NCBI RefSeq assembly: GCF_964204645.1
Contig: NC_134035.1
Span: 2,046,001-2,110,000, forward strand
Reading direction: 5' to 3'
DNA: 64,000 nucleotides
From: Tubulanus polymorphus
Lineage: Eukaryota > Animalia > Nemertea
In this document: positions 14,340-26,500 of the stretch, piece by piece
How positions within the stretch are numbered: position 1 is the stretch's first letter
How the letters are laid out: each line of letters opens with the position of its first letter
The notes under the pieces: model-generated
Told to the model about the DNA's origin: nothing
Databases searched by the model: none
The model's input: only the letters and a program-made list of their open reading frames with translations
Position numbers and translations under genes: made by a program

Positions 14340-15804
14340 TTAAACTTTTGAACACACCTCAATTTGGTCTCGATACGACCAGAGTGAAAATGTGCAGTCT
14401 GAATAAACAGTTGTATTTACATCCACTTTACACCATATTGAAGAATTGCCAAAAAGTCTTCATTTTCTCATGTTGCAATTACAAAAGATCAGCCATTTTT
14501 GAAATTCTAACAAAATGTTTCTTGTGTTTCCATGCCTCTGAAATATGATTTTTGATGATTTGAAAATAATTTAAAATGGTAGGCATGGAACATATTGTTA
14601 AAATTTATTTAGTTCATAAAATGGAGTCTCTTTTCTCTGATTCAAATCAGTTAAAGACGATTTTTTGACAATCCTTTGAAAACAGTGTCAGATGGATATA
14701 GAAACGATGGTTTATCTGGACTATACAGTTTCACTGGTCCTGTTGAGACCAAGTTGAGAAAAGTTTAAACACGAAAATAAAAGATTTAGTGTGCATTACT
14801 TTGGATAACTGATCTGGGTTTTTTGGCACCCTACACAAATTTAATTTCTTCAACAAAAATGTCAAAAAGATTTCATTTAAAGCGGCTATCAGGATCCAGT
14901 TCCACTGTTCTGGACCCCCCAGTTCCACATTTCTTGATCAGTTTTTTAGATTTAAAACATTCTGAAATAAACCAAATTTCAACTGGTAATGAAAAATGGT
15001 AGGGAATCGTTGGTGCCCTCAAAATGTCTTCAACAGAAAATATCTTTAGGGTCTTATTCATTCATTAGCCTTGCCGTTATACCATTGCGTCCAAAACTGT
15101 TGAACTGCATGTATGGCCTGATGGTTTACTGAATGAAACCCTAAACAAAATATTTTGTTGAAATTTTAAGGTGCGTTAAGCATTTCATTGAACTAATCAA
15201 TACTCGAAAGTGCTGGAGATGTAAAGATTTAAAAAATTCCACCTCAGCACTTAGATAAACAGGCATACTCATGGTTCCCACAGAACGCGGAAATTGGGAA
15301 AAACTTTGGAATTTTGAAATGATAATTCCTAGTTTGGAAATATTTCCAAAAATAAATTTCGGAAATTTTCCTAAAATCAAGGAAATATTTGGGTAATTCA
15401 TTTATATTTTGTGTATTTGCCAAGTGCAACTTTCGTCAGCGAATTCCCTTGAGAATCATCTGTATCAACCAGTCACCGCTAAAATGTTAACTGAAGCATG
15501 ATGATATCGGTTCAGTTCCACTTTGGAAAATTGAAAAATCACCCATGAAATACTTAGAAATTTTTAATCCATGTAACTGTAGTAACCACGCATACTGCTA
15601 TAGTGCGGTAACACTGGGGCCAGATGTTAATGTGTTGTCTCTGAAATTGTTTCTATTAAAACCCAAGGGCTACCCTCCATAGCACTGACTGATTACAGAT
15701 CTGTCATCTGGTGGATTTGTTTACAATCGATATGCCAATTTTCAAATGATGATAAGTGTCGTCGCTCAAATGTTTATGATGTCTCTATTTTGTTTTCTAG
15801 AAAT

Positions 15805-18800
15805 ATGGCTCCAAAACGAAAGCAGATAGTAAGTATTCATTTTTTTGTTCCAATAATATGTCTGTATCTACATTGATACCTAGTATACTTACCTGAGTAG
15901 ATGTGCACTACGTCATCGATATTTTTGAGATAGTGCGCACTATTTCATTGATATATCGGAGCTAGATTTAAATCCCCCGCCCCCACTCCCCCTGGTGTTA
16001 GCGTTCATACCAACCCATCAAAGATACCGTCCACTCCACCTCACTAACCATCCAGGATACAGATGGAATAATGAATTAAATGTGCAATTGAACCCGGGAC
16101 CGGTTATCATTTGATGTTACAATCAATATTCAAAACTGAAACATTTTCTGGGGCCGGTTCCATAGTCAGGTCTTAGACTTAAGATCAGTCTAAGACCAAC
16201 TTGGTTCTATAGCCAATCTAACAACTTAAGACCAGTCTTAAGATTTAAGACCACTTTCGGACTTCAGTCTCGATTGACGTGCAACCACCCCCAGATGCTT
16301 ACTTTTCAAATAATTCTAATGAATGTGAATGTTATTGTTCTTTTCTAACAGCCAGAAGTCCTGGAGGAAATTCCGCCGCCAGTAAGTTTAGATTTCATGA
16401 TATCATTTTATATAAACCTGTTTTGTTTAACCTGGTCCTCTGAAGCCGGTTAGACTGATATTATCTTTAACCCGTGCTCAGGTAACTGAATTCACTTTTA
16501 ATCAAGTTAACCCAGATTTATTAAAGTAAACATTGGTCTCCATAAAACTGGCGCTTAGATTCATTGATCATTTAATGAATGATTTTTACAGATATGAATG
16601 TTAATTCTCTTTTCTAGATTACGATTGAAGCGGAAATTCATTTTGTAAGTTTTCTATTAATCTCCTCGGTGGAATATGATATCTACCATTTTCGCTGAGA
16701 GTCATTGAAACTTCATAACTCTTTAAGCAAGTTGTTACTGATTTCGTCTTCAGTTTGTGCGCGCGCTCACTTACACATACGCTTATATTTGCGCATGTAG
16801 TTCATAATTATCATCAAACTCGTAGTAATAACGATAATAGTAATGATGATAATTACAATTGTCATTTTTAAAGTGCAAATATCCCGATGAAAGGAATTAT
16901 CAAACTGATTTATCGCGTGGTGTTTTTGGTTTTCTCTCATTGTAACAAGTTTACTCTGATGAAATCTTTTTCCAGATATTAAACCTGTCTGGTATTCGTT
17001 TCAATCATGATCTCTGTTAAATGTGTGCTACTCAATATGAAATAACAATGCAATTAATTACTTTTCTTTCATCGCGACAGTTTGCTGCTGCAGCAGCAGC
17101 AACGACAACAGAAGTTTGAATTTTTCTGTTTCATGGACTCTATATCGTTTGAATCAAACTGTAAAACAAACGAATACAGAAATATCAAAGTTACAGAGAT
17201 CAGAGTTTTAATGCAAGAAATTAATGAATTCTCTTTTCTTTTATTGCAACAGAACAGACAAACAGCGACGAATACAGTAAGTTTGAATTTTTCTGTTTAA
17301 TGGACTTTATATTGTTTAAATAAAACCCTAAAACAAACGAATACTGAAATATCGAGGTTTTTCCGAATACAGATATAAAACTTGTCTTTTGTTTTAATTA
17401 TAATATGATCTCCTGTGTTTATTAATGTTTGCTACTGAATATGAAATAATGCAAGAAATTCATGAATTCTCTTCTTTTTTTTTTATTGCGACAGAATTCG
17501 ACGACGACAAGAACAACAACAGCACCAGAAGTAAGTGAGAAGTTTTCTGTATCATGGAATTTCTGTGGTGTTTATTTCTTTCTGACAGACGATGATTTGT
17601 TTGTGATTTTCATCGTATATTTCATACCGGGAACAAAGTCATGAAAATAATCCTGCTTTCAATGAAATAAAATTCCCGTCACTTAGAATTATTTTATAAT
17701 CAAGTTTTTTTTTATATAATATTAGCGCACACAGTAAAATCTGGAAACATTTGCTCACGGATATATGTGCATATATTTTATGTATCTCTTTTATTGATGT
17801 ATTTATATTTACTGTATTTAATGTGTGAACGTGAAATAACAAAACTAAAATGAATTCTCTTTTTTTCTTTCATGTCATCAGCGTAAACAAACAGCAGCAA
17901 AGGCAGTAAGTATTAATTCTTCTGTTACCTTGAAACAACCGATTCTTATGAGTTTTTCATCAGAATTATCATCAATTACAGAATTTAATCGGAGTTCGAT
18001 TCCCTTCGTAACTTATCGTTTTTGACCTGAATGTGAATGTTATTGTTCTTTTCTAACAGCCAGAAGTCCTGGAGGAAATTCCGCCGCCAGTAAGTTTAGA
18101 TTTCATGATATCATTTTATATAAACCTGTTTTGTTTAACCTGGTCCTCTGAAGCCGGTTAGACTGATATTATCTTTAACCCGTGCTCAGCTAACTGAATT
18201 CACTTTTAATCAAGTTAACCCAGATTTATTAAAGTAAACATTGGTCTCCATAAAACTGGCGCTTAGATTCATTGATCATTTAATGAATGATTTTTATAGA
18301 TATGAATGTTAATTCTCTTTTCTAGATAACAGTAGAAGCGGAAATTCATTTTGTAAGTTTTCTATTAATCTCCTCGGTGGAATATGATATCTACCATTTT
18401 TGCTGAGTCATTGAAACTTCATAACTCTTTAAGCAAGTTGTTACTGATTTCGTCTTCAGTTTGTGCGCGCGCTCACTTACACATACGCTTATATTTGCGC
18501 ATGTAGTTCATAATTATCATCAAACTCGTAGTAATAACGATAATAGTAATGATAATAATTACAATTGTCATTTTTAAAGTGCAAATATCCCGATAAAAGG
18601 AATTATCAAACTGATTTATCGCGTGGTGTTTTTGGTTTTCTCTCATTGTAACAAGTTTACTCTGATGAAATCTTTTTCCAGATATTAAACCTGTCTGGTA
18701 TTCGTTTTAATAATGATCTCTGTTAAATGTGTGCTACTCAATATGAAATAACAACGCAATTAATTACTATTCTTTCATCGCGACAGTTTGCTGCTGCTGC

Positions 18801-20510
18801 AGCAGCAACGACAACAGAAGTTTGAATTTTTCTGTTTCATGGACTCTATATCGTTTGAATCAAACTGTAAAACAAACGAATACAGAAATATCAAAGTTAC
18901 AGAGATCAGAGTTTTAATGCAAGAAATTAATGAATTCTCTTTTCTTTTATTGCAACAGAACAGACAAACAGCGACGAATACAGTAAGTTTGAATTTTTCT
19001 GTTTAATGGACTTTATATTGTTTAAATAAAACCCTAAAACAAACGAATACAGAAATTTCAGGGTTTTTCCGAATACAGATATAAAACTTGTCTTTTGTTT
19101 TAATTATAATATGATCTCCTGTGTTTAATGTTTGCTACTGAATATGAAATAATGCAAGAAATTCATGAATTCTCTTCTTTTTTTATTGCGACAGAATTCA
19201 GCGACGACGACGACGACGACAAAAACGACAGCACCAGAAGTAAGTGAGAAGTTTTCTGTATCATGGAATTTCTAGTCGTGTTTATTTCTTTCTGACAGAC
19301 GATGATTTGTTTGTGATTTTCATCGTATATTTCATACCGGGAACAAAGTCATGAAAATAATCCTGCTTTTAATGAAATAAATGCCCGTCACTTAGAATTA
19401 TTTTATAATCAAGTTTTTTTTATATAATATTAGCGCACACAGTAAAATCTGGAAGCATTTGCTCACGGATATATGTGCATATATTTTATGTATCTCTTTT
19501 ATTGATGTATTTATATTTACTGTATTTAATGTGTGAACGTGAAATAACAAAACTAAAATGAATTCTCTTTTTTTCTTTCATGTCATCAGCGTAAACAAAC
19601 AGCAGCAAAGGCAGTAAGTATTAATTCTTCTGTTACCTTGAAACAACCGATTCTTATGAGTTTTTCAACAGAATTATCATCAAAATTACAGAATTTAATC
19701 GGAGTTTGATTCCCTTCGTAACTTATCGTTTTTGACCTGAATGTGAATGTTATTGTTCTTTTCTAACAGCCAGAAGTCCTGGAGGAAATTCCGCCGCCAG
19801 TAAGTTTAGATTTTATGATATCATTTTATATAAACCTGTTTTGTTTAACCTGGTCCTCTGAAGCCGGTTAGACTGGTATTATGTTTAACCCGTGCTCAGT
19901 TAACTGAATTCACTTTTAATCAAGTTAACCCAGATTTATTAAAGTAAACATTGGTCTCCATAAAACTGGCGCTTAGATTCATTGATCATTTAATGAATGA
20001 TTTTTATAGATATGAATGTTAATTCTCTTTTCTAGATAACAGTAGAAGCGGAAATTCATTTTGTAAGTTTTCTATTAATCTCCTCGGTGGAATATGATAT
20101 CTACCATTTTTGCTGAGAGTCATTGAAACTTCATAACTCTTTAAGCAAGTTGTAACTGATTTCGTCTTCAGTTTGTGCGCGCGCTCACTTACACATACGC
20201 TTATATTTGCGCATGTAGTTCATAATTATCATCAAACTCGTAGTAACAACGATAATAGTAATGATGATAATTACAATTGTCATTTTTAAAGTGCAAATAT
20301 CCCGATGAAAGGAATTATCAAACTGATTTATCACGTGGTGTTTTTGGTTTTCTCTCATTGTAACAAGTTTACTCTGATGAAATCTTTTTCCAGATATTAA
20401 ACCTGTCTGGTATTCGTTTTAATAATGATCTCTGTTAAATGTGTGCTACTCAATATGAAATAACAACGCAATTAATTACTATTCTTTCATCGCGACAGTT
20501 TGCTGCTGCT

Positions 20511-20542
<32 letters not shown>

Positions 20543-23500
20543 GACAACAGAAGTTTGAATTTTTCTGTTTAATGGACTCTATATCGTTTGAATCAAACTG
20601 TAAAACAAACAAATACAGAAATATCAAAGTTACAGAGATCAGAGTTTTAATGCAAGAAATTAATGAATTCTCTTTTCTTTTATTGCAACAGAACAGACAA
20701 ACAGCAACGAATACAGTAAGTTTGAATTTTTCTGTTTAATGGACTTTATATTGTTTAAATAAAACCCTAAAACAAACGAATACTGAAATATCGAGGTTTT
20801 TCCCGAATACAGATATAAAACTTGTCTTTTGTTTTAATTATAATATGATCTCCTGTGTTTATTAATGTTTGCTACTGAATATGAAATAATGCAAGAAATT
20901 CATGAATTCTCTCTTTTTTTTATTGCGACAGAATTCGACGACGACAAGAACAACAGCACCAGAAGTAAGTGAGAAGTTTTCTGTATCATGGAATTTCTGT
21001 GGTGTTTATTTCTTTCTGACAGACGATGATTTGTTTCTGATTTTCATCGTATATTTCATACCAGGAACAAAGTCATGAAAATAATCCTGCTTTCAATGAA
21101 ATAAATTCCCGTCACTTAGAATTATTTTATATATCAAGTTTCTTTTATATAACATTAGCACACACAGTAAAATCTGGAAGCATTTGCTCACGGATATATG
21201 TGCATATATTTTATGTATCTCTTATTGATGTATTTATATTTACTGTATTTAACGTGTGAACGTGAAATAACAAAACTAAAAGGAATTCTCTTTTTTTCTT
21301 TCATGTCATCAGCGTAAACAAACAGCAGCAAAGGCAGTAAGTATTAATTCTTCTGTTACCTTGAAACAACCGATTCTTATGAGGTTTTCGTCAGAATTAT
21401 CATCAAAGTTACAGAATTTAATCGGAGTTCGATTCCCTTTGTAACTTATCGTTTTTGACCTGAAAAAAGGCGGCTCTAAATCCAATTCGGTTACAGATAT
21501 CAAACCTGTCTATTTTTGGTTTATTTGTATTGGTCATCAAATTCAATTCTTGGCGCACATTTTTATGCCCATAAACTGGTGCTGATTTTCATAAGCGCAA
21601 CGATTGAATAGATTCCGACTCTTTTTTTTCTTTCGCCTGGTAGATTTTCTGCAAAACAAGATGATGTTTTCCATGGTCGATTTACCAATTCCTAGGCTTT
21701 GTATTAATGAATTTTATTCTTTTACAGCATCACACTGGAACGAGGTCCACGTTGGCGTCCCCAGACATCGAAGTAAGTTTAGATGTATCCGTTCTGTTGG
21801 CTGGTTATCAATTGTAATATGTTGAGACTTGAGATGAAAATGATTTGTATTGTGTTAGTACATGAGGTTAAAGCCTGTTTTTTGTTATGCCGTGTGCGGG
21901 GAAGGCAAAACACAAAACGCCGAACAGCAAAATGTCGTGTCCGTTGAACATTTTATTGTTTGTGGGCAAAACGTGTTCTGAAAAGTGTGTTTTCTGTTTT
22001 GGCGAAACAAATGTTATGCCGGTGCGGCGGGCTTAAGGCGAGTGAATAATTAGGGTATATGAGAAAAAAAGCGGGAATATAAATGAAGAACATTCGTAAC
22101 TCTTTGCCTGCCACGCCTATTTTTCAGGCAATGCTGCGTTTTGCCAGGATTTCCGTGTTTTTCAGAGATTCATAAAACAAAAACAAGAAGAGATATCTTC
22201 TCGTCAAATTTGTTTTATATCTTTGATCTGGTCTTGCATTTTCATGTAAAATAAGCGGCATTTCTTCTAAGAGTGATAAAATCTGTAGCGATAACCAGTG
22301 CAGAGGGAGTATTTTGCAGAATATATGCTCGTTCATGCGTGTTCAGCCCCCATTTCAATAGATGATGTCACTCGCACACTGTATAGAACAACTGATGAGT
22401 TTGTTTAGTAGTAAAAGGCATTAAACTAACTGGTGTTGTGCGATGAATTCGCCATCTATCGTTAGAGTTAAGAACCAAGCCAACCGTATCGGTACGGTTT
22501 TGAGTTAAGAATCAAGCCAACCGTATCGGTACGGTTTTGAGTTAAGAATCAAGCAAACCGTATCGGTACGGTTTTGAGTTAAGAAACAAGCCAACCGTAT
22601 CGGTACGGTTTTGAGTTAAGAAACAAGCCAACCATTTTGCCAGTACGGTTTTGGCAGGAATGTGATGGGAGATAACGAACATACAAGTACGTGTTTGGGT
22701 GGAAATGAGTTAAGGAGCCACGTCGGATCAACCCACCTCCCAGTATATATCATCCAAGGGCATAACTCTTTCAGCACTCACGGGTGATTTGATAAAAAAA
22801 AACACTCAGAGTGCCCATCATTGGTAACATAAAAGTAGGAAAATCGATAGAAACTTTCGAGCTCCATAGAGTGAAAACTGTAAGAGATGAGCTTAATGTT
22901 AATTGAAAGGTTTCTAGGGTATGACTGACCCTTAGAAAAGATTGGTAACAATTTTTTGAAAAATGATCTAATTTGCACGAATTATAGCTCTTTTTAAGAG
23001 CCTCAAAACGCTAAGCGCCACACATGGCATTATAAGTGGATTCGTTGTTTAAGAGACCAGAGAAAAACATTCGACTAAGAAACTCTGTCGTCACAAGGGT
23101 TTGAACCTATAAACCCTGGATTGACGAGACCAGTGACCGGCGGCTTAGTCCACTTGGCCACTGCGCCTCTCCAATTAATTATAGCTCAGCGACCAGTTTA
23201 TTTGCTAACTCCTTAAATTTCAGGTATAGGATAAACAACCCAAGGGCTTAACGACAATTTATTGAAATGTCGTTTTTGAGATGCTCTCACGATTCAATCT
23301 TTTGATGCAATTTTTTGGTAATTCGACTGTATTATTTAACGGGAGGGAGAGTTAATAGCGAAGCAAATATCGCAACTTTTTTGATGCCGTAAAAACCGGA
23401 ATTACAACGATGTTCATATACATTCATACCTAAGCGTTATTTAAAACAGGTTCTCATAGGCGTCCCCAGGAATTTTCATACGGGGTTCGAATAAGCATCA

Positions 23501-26500
23501 ATCCAGCATCCAAGCACAATGTCTGGTGTTTGGGGGGCCTCCCCCAAAAAACTTTTTTTTAAATTTGAGGCTTTAGAGACGTTTTCCAGGCTCTAAATGA
23601 ATCACTTAGAGTTAAAGGACTTAAGTCAAATTGGCAAGAAAAATCTTGAACATTGATTACATGTTAACTTGAGAAGTTATCTTGAAAAGGGTCCGCTACC
23701 CCTGCACCCCTCGGGGACGCCTATGGTTTTGTGTGAGTCAATGTGCGCTACGTCATCAATATTGGAGCATTTCAAAATAACAATTACAATTGTGAATGTT
23801 CGCTTATCCATTTTGTAATATAACGCTTGCCAGTGGTCCGGTATCACTCCCGAACTCGCTTCCACCAGCCCCCTGGCCTCATGAAGCGTGATTTCATTAC
23901 TGGCGCTGTTGCGCGTGACGTCATATATCGATTTGCGAAATACTTCCTTGTTCGGTAAAACGTTCGCTGATTGGTCTATTTAACGGGAAAACCAACATAA
24001 GTCTACTGACGGTTTGTTACAAGCGCTGTGATTGGTACGACCGGATTCTGGTCGGCTAGTAACGACTCCAACGACTCGTGAGGTCAGGGGGTTCGGGGAA
24101 CAGCTTTAGCGTAGTGGGTTCGAATCCCTTGACAGGTGAAGATTTCAATATTGAAGCATTTCAAAATAACAATTACAATTGTGAATGTTCGCTTATCCAT
24201 TTTGTAATATACAGTGTTGCCACTTCTCCGGATTTCTCCGGAATTCCGGATTTAAAAAAAATCCAATTTCATTTCCGGATTTTCGGGAGAAGTCAAATAA
24301 CCACAAAAGAAAACATCGCGAAAAAAATAAAATCAATTCGGGATTCGACCCTAAACATCAAAACGTGACGGCTCCGTAGAGGGTTCGAAAAAGCCGTATT
24401 GTGCTGCCACGTAGTGGCAACAACCCCGCGCGCAGTACACGATTAAACCAAGATGACGCGACGATCGAAATCGACTGACGCTTCGTTTGTTTTTTGGCTC
24501 TGGTTTATATATGAGGTGTATTTGCCGGAGCCAATTGCTATTTGAAAAAAAGATCTATAGGCGGTAATGAAAGTGAGGCCTATAACGCGTATTGCGCCAG
24601 AACGCATCTCCTGGCGTTCTAATTTAAAAAATTTTTTTGGGGGAGGGCCCCAGACCCCCGACTTATTTTCCGGATTTTTAGCTTCACATAAGTGGCAACT
24701 CTGAATATAACATATTTCATTCTGTATGTTTTCTGTTCGATAAATTTTATATATGTCTTATTGGCAATAGACATTTGTGTACCGGTATTACCTCGTTGAT
24801 ATATCGGGGCTAGAGACTAGAGATTTTGCCGGTCAGTTCAATTCAATCATCGATATATTCAAATTCAACATATATTTATTGATCCTGCTAGTAGTCACAC
24901 TGATTGACTACCCCGACTCATCGGACGGAACAGGAACACGGAGAACTTGAAGAATAAAGATGTAACTGACATACGACAACACTGCTTTCGTAACTTTCAT
25001 TCCTATGAAAGGAAAATACAGAATTCGACCCCGATTAATTCATATATCGTCAATCGTTGACAAGCAATTCATGTGTCATTCAAGGTGTCAATAAACACCT
25101 CTTTCAGTTTTCCTCTAATTGATATTTATGGAGATGTAAAATTTTTCATTTATATTTCAGGAAATCGAAACAGTTTTCGAATTAAAGTTGGGGACGTCGC
25201 TCAGGGCCTCGTTCCAGAAGACGCTGACGCGAAAACATCCGGTAATGTGAAAAAGATTGATTTCAAAGGAAGTGCAGCTTACCCTAGGGGGAGCCACTTT
25301 GATTACATAAATTAAACAGTCAAAGGGTGAAAATGCTCTATACATTTTGTATTCAATTCATTACTTTCACGTTAAAATGACTTTGGATATAACGACTTAT
25401 CTAACTATTTCTTAGTTTTATTATAAACCTGAGAATTCCGTCCAAAATAAAACATTTTAATAATTTCATATCGATTATAAACGAACAGATTACTGAAATT
25501 CATTGTTGTATATAACGAGCTTTCAGTGAATGACGTTTATTTCTCATCACTTTCAAACTGCTACTGATTTAAAATGCTCATACAGTCTCTTTTGTTCTCT
25601 ATTTACAGCAAGTGATCGTAGATACGCCGAGAGTTCATGCCATTGTGGTAGTTCGTGGGCCGAAAGTAGCAGTTGACAACTGCTACGAGTACGCCCACGA
25701 ACTACGCGACCGGCTCGTCGCGCAGGAGGTAAGAATAATAGTGTTAATAATATCCATACTTGATTACGACAACTATAATATGAGAGTATATTAATGTTTC
25801 TTCGGTTGTGGGGGCCATCTAATCTTACTCAGTGTGTGCAGTCCCAGCATCATCCAGCCTGCAATCCTCGGTGCGATATAGGGCACACGTTAACCCCTAT
25901 TGAAGGATGTCATCGGCGGCCATCTTGAATTTATTTTTAGCGCGAAAAAGCCTGGACGAACTTTGGTTATCGCAGTTAGTCGACTATTTGTGAACTAAGT
26001 GCAACAGAATGTCAGTTATGACTATAGTCAGAAATGATCGACTGTGGTATTGAGCACGGTCGCTGTAGTTCGGACTTCATGATTCCAAGATGGCTGGAAT
26101 ATGTTTCGACTGAGCTATCGCGCGTTCAGTGATTTCCAACCATTGGTCGACTAGCTACGAAAAACCAAAGTTTGCCCTGTATTTCTCGATGGATTCCCGT
26201 GAAACTTCGCTTTAAGACGGCTAAGCTTAATTCTTTCGAAGTCAATAACAAATTAAGTAAACTCTGTCGTTTTTTACGAAGACTGCAACATTCTTTACCT
26301 GTCTTCCAGTTGTTGCCACTTTGCTAAGTTTTAGTTTCTCCTCATTTTAACAGCTCAGCTGATACCAAACAATCACACAATAATTTCTAGTTTATCGTCG
26401 CCGAAATTTCTATTGTTGATTACTCTCATCACTCTTGAAAATAGAAAAAGAATTTAATTGAATCGTTTTTATTTAATAGACTCTGAAAGAGAAGAGAAAA

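Noticed and set aside
17082-20739. Poly-Q ORFs MLLQQQQ... as genes
   Set aside because: They are off-frame readings across micro-exons and introns. Splice phase indicates poly-Ala/Thr in another frame.
21644-21675. Additional micro-exon after cctggtag
   Set aside because: Phase-0 reading hits TGA and there is no good donor.
22465-22652. CRISPR-like palindromic 37-nt repeats
   Set aside because: No spacers; simple tandem minisatellite.
23086-23168. Functional tRNA gene
   Set aside because: A- and B-boxes are present but acceptor and anticodon stems do not pair convincingly; kept only as SINE-like.
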